Below, piece by piece: positions 50,932 through 61,951 of a stretch of 64,000 nucleotides of DNA. The stretch covers positions 236,754 to 300,753 of the forward strand of contig CAWCGC010000028.1 in NCBI GenBank assembly GCA_963794765.1, given 5' to 3'. Every line of letters begins with the position of its first letter. Within the stretch, counting starts at the first letter, position 1. The translations under genes and the position numbers were made by a program. The notes under the pieces are model-generated. The model worked only from the letters and a program-made list of their open reading frames with translations. It was not told the DNA's origin and did no database searches. Source of the DNA: Bryobacteraceae bacterium (GTDB taxonomy: Bacteria; Acidobacteriota; Terriglobia; Bryobacterales; Bryobacteraceae).

Positions 50932-53335
50932 CTACAGGGTCGGTACGAGATCCCTGCGTCTTTCGCGAGTTAGCGTGACGACCACGACGGCGAGCACGTA
51001 CAGCAATCCCCCGATTAGCAGCGTTCCTCTCAGGCCGAGGTAGATGGCGAGGAAGATGGCGCTGGCCGAGCCAAGTACGCTGGATGCGGCGTTCAGGGCC
51101 CAAGCCCAGCGAACCGAGGCGGGGTGGTGTCGCTCGAGTCTCGACAATCCGGTCGGGAACGGCATACCCATCGCGAAGGCCGGAGGCGCGATCAGAAGGG
51201 CGGTGGTGATCATCCTCAGTCCGAGAGGCCATCCAATCGCGGCCTGCGAGACCACGGGCGCGAGGAATGCGAGCAAGCCCACAAGCACGGCGACTGCGAC
51301 GAGAGCCTGTATCAGCCTTGAGTCGTCTCCATGGAGGAATCGACGGCTGAAGAAGCTCCCGAGTCCGCTGCAGATCAGCATCGAGAAGATGATGACCGTC
51401 AGTGCGTAGACAGGGTGTCCGAGCAGCAGGACGAATTTCTGGATCAGCGCAACCTGGATCAGAATGTAGCCGATGCCGATGCAAACGAAGTAGAGCAGGA
51501 ACGTGAGGACGCCGCGCTCGCGCGGGCAGACGTGTTCCGAGAACGATGGGCGGCAGAAGCAGAATGACGGCTGTGGCGACGATGCTGATGGCTACCAGTC
51601 CGAAGAGCAGTGGCACGGCGCGATTGATTTTATAGTCGGCGCTGGTGGTGGGACCTGCGAGGAATGCAGTCAGGTCGCGCGGCTGGACAGTGTAGAAGAA
51701 AAATGGCCGATCGTCTCCAACGGGTGTGAGGTCGTAGCGATAGTTTGCCAGGAACGACGCGGGATCCGGCGTCGTAAGGAAGGTGCTGAACTCGTTCGAG
51801 GTTGTGGTTCCGGGGATGTAGACGACCTGCATCTTTCCGGCGGCGGCGACTGCCTGCGCACGGGCGATATCGGCGTCCGTGAAGGGCTTGCGCGAGACCA
51901 GGACGGTGTCGCGTGCTCCCCAGCCTCTGATGTTTTCAGCGCTTTCCCTGATGACCATGTAGTGTCGCGCGTGATCATGTTCGCCGAGCTGATCGAGTGC
52001 TACGTTTCCGAGCGACAGCAGGCGAAGCGACTCGCGCGGCGGCTCGAAGCCCCATCGAGTGAATGACAGAATGCCGTCATCAGTCAGGTGCGAGAGGTAA
52101 TCGCTAGAAGGCGTCGGTCGTGTAGAGATTGTTTTCAGAGAGCGCGAACGCGCCAGCCGCCGTTGAGGCCCAGGTGTCTACGAGAGTTGCCTGCACCACC
52201 TGATACTTCTCCGTCGAGCGCCGAACGTAACTGCGGCCATCTTCGACGATGATCTTTACCCCGGGATGGAAGTAAATGCGATTGCTGTCTCTCGCGAACT
52301 TCTGCCGCATGACGGTGGTCGCGATGATCGGGTTGATCTCGACACCAGTGATGTCCTTGCTGCCGGATGCGAGAGCCCTGGCTACATCCCATCCTCCACC
52401 GGGCCCGATGATGAGGGTTCTCGCCCCGGGGCGGATCTGATAAGGGAAACCAGGTCCCTGCAGCGTGAGGTCTTTGTCTGCTGCCCGGTTAAGTGATCGA
52501 AGTCGAAGTCTGCGATTCCCGTTGAAGCATCGGCGTCAATCACGATTTCCTTGCCATTGTCCTGAACCTGCCTGACAGCGATGCGCGAGAAGCTGTTCCA
52601 TTTCACAAACAGCTCGTTCGTGATTTTCTGGCCTTTCGCAAAGCTGATGTCAATCAGAGGCCAGCGCATGTTGATGACGGTAAGGGCGACCAGGACGAGC
52701 GCAAGAGCTACGCCGGTCGCACGGCCTCGTGAGTGTCCCCCGAGGTTGAACCACATTGCAGACGAGGCAGCGAAGATGGTTCCGGCGATGATGACGGTGT
52801 TCGGTCCGCCGAAGGTATTGAGGAACGGCACCAGTACAAGGCAGCCTCCGGCAGCTCCGAGCAGGTCGAAGAAGTACACGCGATCGACACGCTCAATCGT
52901 TTCGGAAATTGCGAGCGAAACGATCATTCCCGAGAGAATGAAGGGCATTGCGCTTACGAAATAGATTCCGGCGAGGACAAGGTTAGTTGGTTCTCCGCGG
53001 GTCAGCAGGAACACCAGCGCGAGCACGGTGACAACACCAACAGTCGACGCCAGGATGCCGAGACGACGGAAGATCTCAGGACGAGGTGCGGCCACGAGGT
53101 AGGAAAGCACACCGCCTACGCCCAAACCGAATAGTGCGATCGATATGGCGAGAAAAGCGAAATGGTAGTAAAAGACAACCGAAAAAATACGGGTCAGCGA
53201 CAGTTCGAGAATGAGCGTCGCGAGTGTAGTCATCGCGACACCTACGTAAATCTGTGGCCAGTTTTTTTGTTGACTGGGATCGGAGGATTTAATCCGGGGC
53301 AATGAACCATCGTATGACAGGGGTTTCAGAGGCAT
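50932..53335 (-). pseudogene. Fused polytopic-membrane/spermidine-synthase-like protein, at least 3 frameshifts in this sequence
   Basis: The N-terminal TM bundle is in ORF 52382..53440 and the SpeE-like core is 'ARTLIIGPGGGWDVARALASGSKDITGVEINP'. A second TM bundle ends at 50932. The pieces lie in four frames, with shifts near 52468-52478 (AAA), 52100-52112 and 51515-51545. Confidence 0.7.
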
Positions 53336-53353
53336 GTTAATTTCGTGGTCGTC

Positions 53354-54364
53354 ATGCCTGAGACGACGTACCGCAACCGCAAAGCGGTGCAATGTGAAAA
53401 TGACCACATTCGGGTGACCGTCCTTGTTGAGGGCGGTCATATCGCGGAGATTCGCGATAAGTCCTCGGGAGTGAATCCACTTTGGACGCCACCCTGGCCC
53501 TCGATTGAACCTTCAACATGGGATGCGGCAGCACATCCGGAATACGGCAATGATGCCGAAAGCAAGCTTCTGTCCGGGATCATGGGTCATAACACCTGCA
53601 TTGACCTGTTCGGAGGGCCTTCAGCGGAAGAGGCGGCTGCGGGCGTTACGGTTCACGGCGAGGCGTCGATCGCACCTTATGACATTGAGGAGATCGGTGA
53701 CGATACTCTTCGCTGCACATGTTATTTGCGGCGATCTCATTTGGTATTTCGGCGAACTCTGACGCTTGCCGGTGACGTGATCCGGTTTGACGAGAGCGTT
53801 GAGAATCTCGATTCATGGGACCGGCCAATCGCGTGGCAGCAGCACGTATCGCTTGGGCCGCCGTTTATTGAGCATGGCAAGGGTCGGCTGGAGATGACGG
53901 CGACGAAATCCCGGACGTATGAGGGTGCGTTTGGCGATCTGTTTCCTCCCGGTGTGGTGTTCGACTGGCCGCTGGCTCCGCTGCGCGACGGCGGGACCTA
54001 CGATCTTCGAGTGTTTACGAAACGGCCGCACTCGGCGGGGTACACGGCGCATTTGATGGATCCTGAACTGGAGCATGTATCCTTTGAGATTTCCTCGCCC
54101 GATGGTCGTGTCGTCTTTGGATATCGTTGGAAACGCGCCGATTTCCCGTGGCTCGGGATTTGGGAAGAGAATAAGGACCGGAAGATGAAGCCCTGGAATG
54201 GCGAGACGATCGCACGGGGCATCGAGTTCGGTGTGTCGCCTCAGCCTGAGGCCCGGCGGGCGATGATCAGCCGCGCTTCGATGTTCGGTGTTCCCACATA
54301 TCAGTGGATCCCGGCTCGCACGACCGTCTCGGTCTCGTATCAGGCGTTTATCCGTCCCGCCTGA
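53354..54364 (+). CDS. Galactose-mutarotase-like (aldose 1-epimerase superfamily) protein
   Basis: About 336 aa and beta-rich, for example 'VQCENDHIRVTVLVEGGHIAEIRDKSSGVNPLW' and 'GVTVHGEASIAPYD'. The assignment is tentative and rests on overall pattern only. Confidence 0.4.
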   Translation: MPETTYRNRKAVQCENDHIRVTVLVEGGHIAEIRDKSSGVNPLWTPPWPSIEPSTWDAAAHPEYGNDAESKLLSGIMGHNTCIDLFGGPSAEEAAAGVTVHGEASIAPYDIEEIGDDTLRCTCYLRRSHLVFRRTLTLAGDVIRFDESVENLDSWDRPIAWQQHVSLGPPFIEHGKGRLEMTATKSRTYEGAFGDLFPPGVVFDWPLAPLRDGGTYDLRVFTKRPHSAGYTAHLMDPELEHVSFEISSPDGRVVFGYRWKRADFPWLGIWEENKDRKMKPWNGETIARGIEFGVSPQPEARRAMISRASMFGVPTYQWIPARTTVSVSYQAFIRPA

Positions 54365-54379
54365 GACACTGGTTTTTAT

Positions 54380-55645
54380 ATGAAAGCTTTGGTGATCGGC
54401 AGCGGCGGGCGCGAGCATGCGCTTGCGTGGAAGCTGTCGCAGTCCCCTTCTGTATCGGAGGTGTTGATCGCCCCCGGCAATCCTGGTGTTGCCGGCGTGG
54501 CATCGCGCTACGCTTCGGCCGTTGATGCAGCGGACTGGCTTGCGCTGGCTCGGGAGAAGGCAGTCGATCTGACGGTGGTCGGGCCTGAGGCTCCGCTGGT
54601 CGCTGGTGTTGTGGATCGATTTCGTGCCGAAGGTCTCGCGATTGTCGGGCCCGATTCGCACGCGGCGAGGCTCGAGGGGAGTAAGGCATTCTCGAAAGAC
54701 TTCATGGTTCGCGCCGGCGTGCCTACGGCTCGGTATCGAGTCGTCACTTCTATTGAGGATGCGCGAGCGGCGCTGGCTGACTTCGGGTTCCCTGTTGTGC
54801 TGAAGGCGGACGGTCTGGCCGCCGGCAAGGGTGTGGTGATTGCTTCGGATCGCGCCGAGACGGAATCCGCGCTCGCATCCTTGCTTTCCGGCGGGCGACT
54901 GGTTGTGGAGGAGTGCCTCGTTGGGGAAGAGGTTAGCTTTATCGTATTGTCGGACGGCAAGCGCTTTGTTCGATTTGCGCCGACGCAGGATCATAAGCGA
55001 ATCTTCGATGGCGATCAGGGTCCGAACACTGGCGGGATGGGGGCGTATCGCGATGACCGCATTCTCACCTCCGAGGAGATCGCTTCGATCGAGCGCCAGG
55101 TGATTGAACCCGTGCTGGCTCGGATAGCGGACGAGGGTTACCCGTTCACAGGTTTCCTGTATGCCGGTCTGATGATGACCGCAGATGGTCCCAAAGTGCT
55201 CGAGTTCAATGTGCGGATGGGTGATCCGGAGACACAGCCACTGATGCACGGATTGAAGTCGGACTTCGCAGAGACGCTGCTGGCTGCCGCCCGTGGCTCG
55301 CTCGAGGGTGTTCCGGCATTTGCGTGGGATGGCGGGGCGAGTGTCTGCGTGGTGCTTGCGGCGCACGGGTATCCGGGCACCGTTCGAACAGGCGATGCGA
55401 TTACGGGAATCGAAGATGCCGAGTCACGGGGCGCGACGGTATTTCAGGCGGGCACTGCGCTCGATTCGAAGGGAGCACTGGTGACTTCCGGCGGCCGAGT
55501 TCTTGGTGTGACGACGTTCGGTCCCGATTTGCCGAGTGCCGTAGCGGCGGCGTATTCTGCAGCCAAACCGATTCGGTTTGAAGGGATGCAGTTCCGTCGC
55601 GATATCGGCGCGCGGGGATTGGCTCGATCTCAGGAGCGGGGATGA
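54380..55645 (+). CDS. purD: Phosphoribosylamine--glycine ligase
   Basis: 'MKALVIGSGGREHALAWKLSQSP...IAPGNPG', 'VLKADGLAAGKGV' and 'GPNTGGMGAY' are canonical PurD blocks. Confidence 0.9.
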   Translation: MKALVIGSGGREHALAWKLSQSPSVSEVLIAPGNPGVAGVASRYASAVDAADWLALAREKAVDLTVVGPEAPLVAGVVDRFRAEGLAIVGPDSHAARLEGSKAFSKDFMVRAGVPTARYRVVTSIEDARAALADFGFPVVLKADGLAAGKGVVIASDRAETESALASLLSGGRLVVEECLVGEEVSFIVLSDGKRFVRFAPTQDHKRIFDGDQGPNTGGMGAYRDDRILTSEEIASIERQVIEPVLARIADEGYPFTGFLYAGLMMTADGPKVLEFNVRMGDPETQPLMHGLKSDFAETLLAAARGSLEGVPAFAWDGGASVCVVLAAHGYPGTVRTGDAITGIEDAESRGATVFQAGTALDSKGALVTSGGRVLGVTTFGPDLPSAVAAAYSAAKPIRFEGMQFRRDIGARGLARSQERG

Positions 55646-56823
55646 ATCGACGGCGGTTCGTCGTTGCCGCCGCAGCGGCAGGACTTTCGACAGCTTGTGG
55701 TCCCGCCGGCCGCCGCAGTTCGGTAAATGCACCCGCTCCGCCGAATTCTGAGATTTCGGCGCTTCCACCGATTCGCGCGGAACTGGACCGAATCTTTCGA
55801 ATTACCGTGTGCCTTCGGCCGTTTCGCGCTGCTGGTCCGCGTCTGGACGTCGAGAAGGTCGGCGACAAAGTCGTGGTTCACAACTACGGACATGGCGGCA
55901 GTGGATGGTCCCTGTCATGGGGTTCCGGCACGGTCGCGGTCGAGAAAGCGATGGCAGCAGGCGAGCGGGACGTCGCCGTAATCGGATGCGGAGCTATCGG
56001 TCTTACTTCGGCGATAGTGGCCCAGCGCGCGGGCGCAAAGGTGACGATCTACGCGAAAGAACGTCCACCTGAAGTTCGATCTTCCAGAGCGACCGGTTCA
56101 TGGACCCCTGACTCCCGCGTTGCGCTGACCAGTTCGGTGTCACCGGACTTCCCTGCTCTTTGGGAGAAGATGGCGCGCACCTCGTGGCATAGTTTCGAGA
56201 GCTATCTCGGCCTGGCGGGAGATCCGGTGGAGTGGCTGGACCGCTATAGTCTTTACGACGACGACGAACCCAGGGCCATCACAGCCACAGATCAACACGT
56301 GACCGAACTGGATTTTGCTCGTTACTCAAACCGCATTGCCGATCTCACGCCACGTTCGCATGAACTGTCGCGGCATCCCTTCCCGACCAAATACGCGCGA
56401 CGTGGTTCGAATTTGACCTTTAACATCGCTTCTTATTCGCATCAGCTGGTGACGGACTTTCTTCTGGAGGGCGGCAAGATCGAGCGGCGCGAGTTCACCT
56501 CCCCTTCCGAGCTGCAATCGCTGCCGCAAAAGGTGATCATCAATGCTACGGGGTACGGAGCTCGTGCGCTGTGGAAGGATGACTCGATCGTTCCGGTGCG
56601 GGGCCAGATCGCGTGGCTGATTCCACAGCCGGACACACACTACTCCGTTATGTACAAGGGCGTCAACGTCCTTGCACGCCGCGACGGGATCGTCGTCCAG
56701 GATGGTGGCATCGGGGACATGGAGGGCTACAACGACACGAATGAGGCGCCTGACCGTGCCGGCGCGGAAGCGTCAGTTGGGGTTGTGGCTGAGCTGTTTC
56801 GAAAGATGGCCACTCGACGCTGA
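55642..56823 (+). CDS. FAD-dependent oxidoreductase, D-amino-acid-oxidase-like, with Tat-type signal
   Basis: 'MNRRRFVVAAAAAGLSTAC', the dinucleotide-binding 'VAVIGCGAIGLTSA' and the DAAO-type 'VVHNYGHGGSGWSLSWGS'. Its ATG overlaps the purD stop (ATGA). Confidence 0.7.
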   Translation: MNRRRFVVAAAAAGLSTACGPAGRRSSVNAPAPPNSEISALPPIRAELDRIFRITVCLRPFRAAGPRLDVEKVGDKVVVHNYGHGGSGWSLSWGSGTVAVEKAMAAGERDVAVIGCGAIGLTSAIVAQRAGAKVTIYAKERPPEVRSSRATGSWTPDSRVALTSSVSPDFPALWEKMARTSWHSFESYLGLAGDPVEWLDRYSLYDDDEPRAITATDQHVTELDFARYSNRIADLTPRSHELSRHPFPTKYARRGSNLTFNIASYSHQLVTDFLLEGGKIERREFTSPSELQSLPQKVIINATGYGARALWKDDSIVPVRGQIAWLIPQPDTHYSVMYKGVNVLARRDGIVVQDGGIGDMEGYNDTNEAPDRAGAEASVGVVAELFRKMATRR

Positions 56824-56825
56824 CA

Positions 56826-59111
56826 CTACTGACCGGACGCCGCGGGCAGAACTACCTTTGCCAGACCGGAGTTGTTGGACGCGTCGAAGACTCGTATCAC
56901 GATGACGTGCTCGGCGGGCGAGACGTTCGGAAGTCGCAAGACGAAGTGTTCCTGCTGTCCGTCAACCACTCCATCTGCACTGTCCAGCGGAAACCAGGCG
57001 GAGGCGTCCAGCGAGTACTCTGCCCGTCGCAGGGCTGACGATGTGTCCGAGGCGTCAGCAGTGATTTCCGCGCCCGCTCCTGCGCGTCGGCCGGAGGCCT
57101 TCACTACGGGCGGCGTACTGTCGAAGAGCACCGGCGGGGTTTCCATGTCCGACTCGCGAGCCGTGCCTCCCGGGTTCGACATCTTGTCGGATGCGATGAC
57201 TTTGAAGTAATACTTGCCGTCTGCGAGCACGTCACCTTCGAGGGTGATGATGTTCTCCGTGATATTGGTCCGCAGAGCCTTCCACTGCATTTCTTCTTCG
57301 CCGCGGAAATAAACGGAGTAGCTGAGCTTGTCACCATCCGGGTCATCCGCCTGCCACGTGATCTGGATCTGCTGGGCAAGACCCCTCGCAACGGTTTGCG
57401 TCGCGGTACCTGCTGCGCTGGATGCGGCTGTGTCCGTTGAATCGGTGACCGTGACGGTGTAAGCTGCCGAAGACTGGGTGCTTGCCTTCGCTGCCGACGA
57501 AGAAGGGACGATCTGGGTCAGTACGTTCACTGAACGGATTGCCGGAGGGTTGTTCTGCGGCAAATAGGAGAGCGTGACTCCGGTGATGCTCGGCGAATCG
57601 GTTCCGTCGCCTTTAAGTTCGGCGCGCCACTGGACGAACCTGGCGTTTGGGATCGCAAGTCTGGAACCGCTCGGATCGGTCATCGGTGCCGACCATGGAC
57701 TCCAGGTATTGTCGGGTCGTGCGGAGTTGCCGGTTCTTGCACGGAACGCGAGACTTCCTGACCCTGATTGCTGGCCGCGCCAGCTGAGCAGTCCCCACTT
57801 CGAAACGGAACCTGCATCGTGTACCGGCGACTCGAAGACACCCTGCGCAGCCAGCCCTCCGCCGATCCGCGTCAGCTGGCCGGAACTGCTTGTGGCCGCC
57901 AACAATGACTCGCCCGACGAGAGCAGACGGGTTGTCTCACCGCCGTTCGTCTGGACGATGAGAGTCAGCTTGCGGTCCGGTGTGAGGCGGTAGATGCGTC
58001 CCTGTATGTCTGTCGCGAAGACGACTTCCCGACCGCCGGCGACCAGCAAGTCGTACAAGTTCTCTTCTTTGGATGACCAGAGTGTCTCGACCGTGTTATC
58101 GGGATTTATGCGGTAAAGTGCGGACTTCTCGACGCCCGCCGTCTCGGCTGCAGGTGCGGAGTAAACCGTCGCGCCCGGTGTGATGGTGCTGGTGGCGGTG
58201 CCCTTCTGGTTGTCGGATCCAGGCGGCTTGGGTTTGATCTCGAGGCCGCCCTGCGTCGATGCGGACTGGTCCGTGACGGTGATGCTTGTTGTCGGCGCAG
58301 TCACTTGTGTCGTGCCGGATGTATTTTGCCCGGCTGTCGATGCGGCACCTGTCTTTTGTGCGATGGAACCGCCAAGGGCTGCCGCATACACGGTGCCTTC
58401 GGGAGTGACGGAGATGGTGCGGATCTCGGGAAGTGAGGAGTCGTAGAGAACGAAAGCTTTGTCTTTGGCCGTAACGCGATACAACAGGCCATTGGGTTCG
58501 GTTCCGGCGAGCAATCGGCCTTCGTTGTCAAACGCAAGCGCAGTGACGTGCTGCTGGCCAGTTGCGTACCAAATCTCGCCGACTCCGGGCCGAGCGACCC
58601 GCCAGATCTTTCCTTCATCGCCGGTTGCCACGTAAAGGGCTCCGTCATTGCCCCACGCCAGACCCCAGATGTATCGTCCGTGCGGGTCGAAGTATACCGA
58701 CGCCTTTCCGTTCTTATCGATTCGATAGACCTTGCCATCGGGTGAGGTGCCTGCATAGACGGAGCCGTCTGGTCCGACTGCGACGGCGAAGACTTCGGGC
58801 TCGGTTGCCGTCCAGAGGAGAGATCCCGTTCCGTGTGCATCGACGCGAAAGACTCGGCCTCGGTGACCGGTGCCGGCATAGAGACTGCCGTCGGACCCCT
58901 GCGCTAACGACCAGATCGACGGCTGCTCCGATGAGAAGACAACCTGCAGCTTTGGTCCCAGCGTCAGTCGTCCGTCCCGCGAAAGTGAGAGTTCGGTCAG
59001 TGTGCCTTTCGAGAAGTCCGCGAAGGTGTTCATCTCCCAGGTAGTTGTGCTGGAAGCTTGCAGCACCGTCATTGTCGCGGCGGCAATCAGTACGGTCAGG
59101 ACGCGCGTCAT
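56826..59111 (-). CDS. Large secreted beta-propeller + Ig/FN3-like domain protein
   Basis: Signal peptide and a repeated blade motif ('DGSLYAGTG', 'DGSVYAGTS', 'DGALYVATG', 'EGRLLAGTE', 'EGTVYAAAL'). The C-terminal beta-sandwich-like segments include 'ITWQADDPDGDKLSYSVYFRGEEE'. Confidence 0.6.
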   Translation of the reverse strand: MTRVLTVLIAAATMTVLQASSTTTWEMNTFADFSKGTLTELSLSRDGRLTLGPKLQVVFSSEQPSIWSLAQGSDGSLYAGTGHRGRVFRVDAHGTGSLLWTATEPEVFAVAVGPDGSVYAGTSPDGKVYRIDKNGKASVYFDPHGRYIWGLAWGNDGALYVATGDEGKIWRVARPGVGEIWYATGQQHVTALAFDNEGRLLAGTEPNGLLYRVTAKDKAFVLYDSSLPEIRTISVTPEGTVYAAALGGSIAQKTGAASTAGQNTSGTTQVTAPTTSITVTDQSASTQGGLEIKPKPPGSDNQKGTATSTITPGATVYSAPAAETAGVEKSALYRINPDNTVETLWSSKEENLYDLLVAGGREVVFATDIQGRIYRLTPDRKLTLIVQTNGGETTRLLSSGESLLAATSSSGQLTRIGGGLAAQGVFESPVHDAGSVSKWGLLSWRGQQSGSGSLAFRARTGNSARPDNTWSPWSAPMTDPSGSRLAIPNARFVQWRAELKGDGTDSPSITGVTLSYLPQNNPPAIRSVNVLTQIVPSSSAAKASTQSSAAYTVTVTDSTDTAASSAAGTATQTVARGLAQQIQITWQADDPDGDKLSYSVYFRGEEEMQWKALRTNITENIITLEGDVLADGKYYFKVIASDKMSNPGGTARESDMETPPVLFDSTPPVVKASGRRAGAGAEITADASDTSSALRRAEYSLDASAWFPLDSADGVVDGQQEHFVLRLPNVSPAEHVIVIRVFDASNNSGLAKVVLPAASGQ

Positions 59112-59216
59112 TGCTGCTGGGGCTCTTTCACTTCAACCGTGATCGTCTTCGCACCCGAGATGGTGGCGTCGCCTGCGTCGAATTTCAGTTCCGCGATTGT
59201 CGATCCCCGGCCGGGA

Positions 59217-60862
59217 TTAGGCGTTGCACCCTGGTGTCTTTGACATCAGGAGTCCAACCGAAGGAGGAGGGTCGGGAAGATCGCGGCCATCGAGCGAATA
59301 GCCCGCGCTCGATTTCCAGATTCTTACGAAACCGAGGGTGCTGCCCCGAAGCGTGTTCAGCACGGAGATAATTTCGCCCGCCGGCCGCGGCTGTGAGACG
59401 TTGTAGGCCTTGCCTTCCCCGACATTCGTCGTCGGACCATCTGCCACCGTTATGTTCAGCGTTCCGGCCTCGCTGCCGACGGGCACGTCATATCGAAGAT
59501 GGCGTACGATCTCGCGATCGCCATCGCCGGTCATGAGGACGTGAATGTTCAGCGGCTCGCCGGGATGAACTTCCTTCTGCGTTGTCCAGACCTGTTCGAT
59601 ATTGAATTGCCGGCGGTCAAGTCCGACTTCGATAGTGAGGTCAACTGCCTCGATCCGTAAGGGGTCGAGGGTGTTTTGGAGTGCGTAGGCGATCGGCAAT
59701 GCGGTGCCGAGCGATGCAACCAGCGGTGTGTTGAAGTCACCCGAGTACATGTTGTTGATCGCTATCGGCTCGGCGACTTTGTCGAAACGTATGCTTCCTT
59801 TGACGCGAACGCTGGAAGTGCCCACAGTTCGTTCGGTGCTGTCGAGGACCGAATAGCACATCATCTGAAGCAGCAGCGGGCTCAGAATCCTGTCCTGAAC
59901 CATCTCCATTCGATAGGTCGTGTCGCGCTGTGCACCTTTCACTCCGATCCGCACGGGCGCCATACGAGGCTTGCGGCCCAGCTCACCGGTAACTGCGGCG
60001 CTGAAGTCGCCCGTCATCGTCCCAAGGAACGCTCCGGAGGCCGAGATCTTGGCAGACGTACTCAGATTCGCGAGAACGGTAATCACCGAGGCATTGGTGA
60101 AGGGAAGCTCCGTTTCGCCAACTGCGAGGAAGCGGTGACCGAACGCGTAAACGCGATTGCCATCCACATGCGTGACGGTGCCGTCAGCTCCCATGGCCAG
60201 ATCGCCATTGATGAGCTGGATGCTGATCATCGAGCCTGGTTCGGGCGGTGAGGGAGGCAGCGGTTTGGCGGTCCGTCCTCCGGAAACTCCCTGCCGCGGT
60301 TCAAGACCGATCGCTTTTAACGCCGGCGCGAACTGCTCGACAGTCCCTGGTGTGAATCCGGTCAGCGAGAGCGGGGTCGCGATATCTACGGGCCGGTCGG
60401 GTGTGTTGTCGACATTTTGGCAGGCGTTCGGTCAGCGAACGGTCCCTGCAGAGAGGCTCGAATATCAGGGCGGCGCACGGGAGCCGATTCCAGCATTTCT
60501 TCTATCGGCCGTATGCCGGCGATAGGTTCTTTTGCGAACTGGAAAGCCATGGCGACGGCTCCCACGAGCTTGCCGTCGATATATACGGGACTTCCGCTCA
60601 TGCCCTGCATGACGCCCGTCTTTTCGAGCGGTCCACCACTGAGGCGGCCGAGAATCAACGACTGCTTCGGGCCGATGTTCTCGAGCACGCCGAGAATTTC
60701 AACGTCGAAGTTTTCGATCTTGGTGCCGCTGAAAACGGTCCGTCCAATGCCCTTCATCCCGGCATGAACTTGTTTGAGCGGGAGCATCGGCGTAGTCGCC
60801 GCAAGAGCGCACACTGACGCCGCGAGCCAGATCGCGGGCAAACCGAATTTCGATGTGCGCAT
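59217..60862 (-). CDS. SpoIVB-like S55 serine peptidase domain protein, single frameshift
   Basis: Signal peptide and 'GVMQGMSGSPVYIDGKLVGAV', which has the S55-type catalytic Ser context. ORFs 60386..60862 and 59217..60230 join via the frame '...KNVDNTPDRPVDIATPLSLTGFTPG...' if one A is added to the run at 60415-60418. Confidence 0.65.
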
Positions 60863-60902
60863 AATGCCTCAGACGCCGCTTCGGGTGGGCGCGGTACTAG
60901 TT

Positions 60903-61310
60903 TTACTTTTGGTCGGAGTCCTTCTGCGCGTCGCCGTGCATTCGTGCGCCGGGTTGCGATTCATGGCCGCGGCCAGGACCTTGCTCATTCCCAGTCTGTT
61001 CCTTGCCGGTTGCAGGTGTTTCGGTCGCGCCGGGGCCGTGAACCGGTGTTGCCGGCTGAGTATTCGCTTCATTGTTCGAGCCGGGGTGGACGCCTGATGG
61101 CTGCGGCTCAACAGTACCTTCGCCGTGCGCTTCTGGTGCGGGCTGAGGCCCTGCAGTCGAGCCGCCGGCCGTTGTGCCGGGTCCAACGGACGGTGCCGAG
61201 TGGAAATCGGTGGGTCCGTCGCCAGGATGTTTCAGGCTGGTAACCGGGTTGTTATAGCAGCTGACACACAGCAGGGCGGACAAGGTCAGGAGACCGAATC
61301 TGATCTTCAT
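60903..61310 (-). CDS. Low-complexity Gly/Pro/Thr-rich lipoprotein
   Basis: The lipobox-like sequence 'LSALLCVSC' follows the signal peptide 'MKIRFGLLTL'. The 135-aa protein looks disordered. Confidence 0.5.
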   Translation of the reverse strand: MKIRFGLLTLSALLCVSCYNNPVTSLKHPGDGPTDFHSAPSVGPGTTAGGSTAGPQPAPEAHGEGTVEPQPSGVHPGSNNEANTQPATPVHGPGATETPATGKEQTGNEQGPGRGHESQPGARMHGDAQKDSDQK

Positions 61311-61330
61311 TCTCTTTTTATTGTAGTGAC

Positions 61331-61951
61331 TTACCTGATCTGTAATACCTTGCGGCCATCGATGCGGTAACGTCCGCCTGCAACCAGCTGAATTGCTTCG
61401 GAATAAATCCGATGCTCCTCGAGAAGAATCCTCGCGGACAGGCTGTCGGGTGTATCGTCATCTTCTACCGGGACTGCGGCCTGAAGGATTATAGGTCCGG
61501 AGTCCAGACCTTCATCCACGAAGTGGACCGTGCAGCCGGTCAACTTAACGCCGTGCGCCAGCGCCTGGCCCTGGGCATCCAGTCCGGGAAACGCCGGCAG
61601 TAAAGAAGGATGAATATTGAGAATTCGCTCGGGAAAAGTTCGGATGAATTCGGCCGAAAGCAGACGCATGTAGCCGGCGAGGCAGACTAAGTCGACCTGA
61701 TTTCGCTGGAGTTCGGCGATCAGCAGGCGATCATAGTCGAGCCGGTCCTGACCTTTTGAAGGAACGCAAACTGCGTTGAGCCCCAGGCGACGAGCCGTTT
61801 CAAGTCCTTTAGCGGATTCGCGGCTGGAGATTACGACAGCAATGGAGGCATCCCTGATTTGCCCGGTTGCGATGTTGTTGGCGATAGCCTCGAAATTGGA
61901 GCCTCTGCCGGAAATGAGAATTCCCAGGCGTTTCACCGGTACACCACTCAC
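61331..61951 (-). CDS. purN: Phosphoribosylglycinamide formyltransferase
   Basis: 'LGILISGRGSNFEAI', 'LVCLAGYMRLL', 'NIHPSLLPAFPG' and 'GCTVHFVDEGLDSGPII' are canonical PurN blocks. Confidence 0.9.
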   Translation of the reverse strand: MSGVPVKRLGILISGRGSNFEAIANNIATGQIRDASIAVVISSRESAKGLETARRLGLNAVCVPSKGQDRLDYDRLLIAELQRNQVDLVCLAGYMRLLSAEFIRTFPERILNIHPSLLPAFPGLDAQGQALAHGVKLTGCTVHFVDEGLDSGPIILQAAVPVEDDDTPDSLSARILLEEHRIYSEAIQLVAGGRYRIDGRKVLQIR

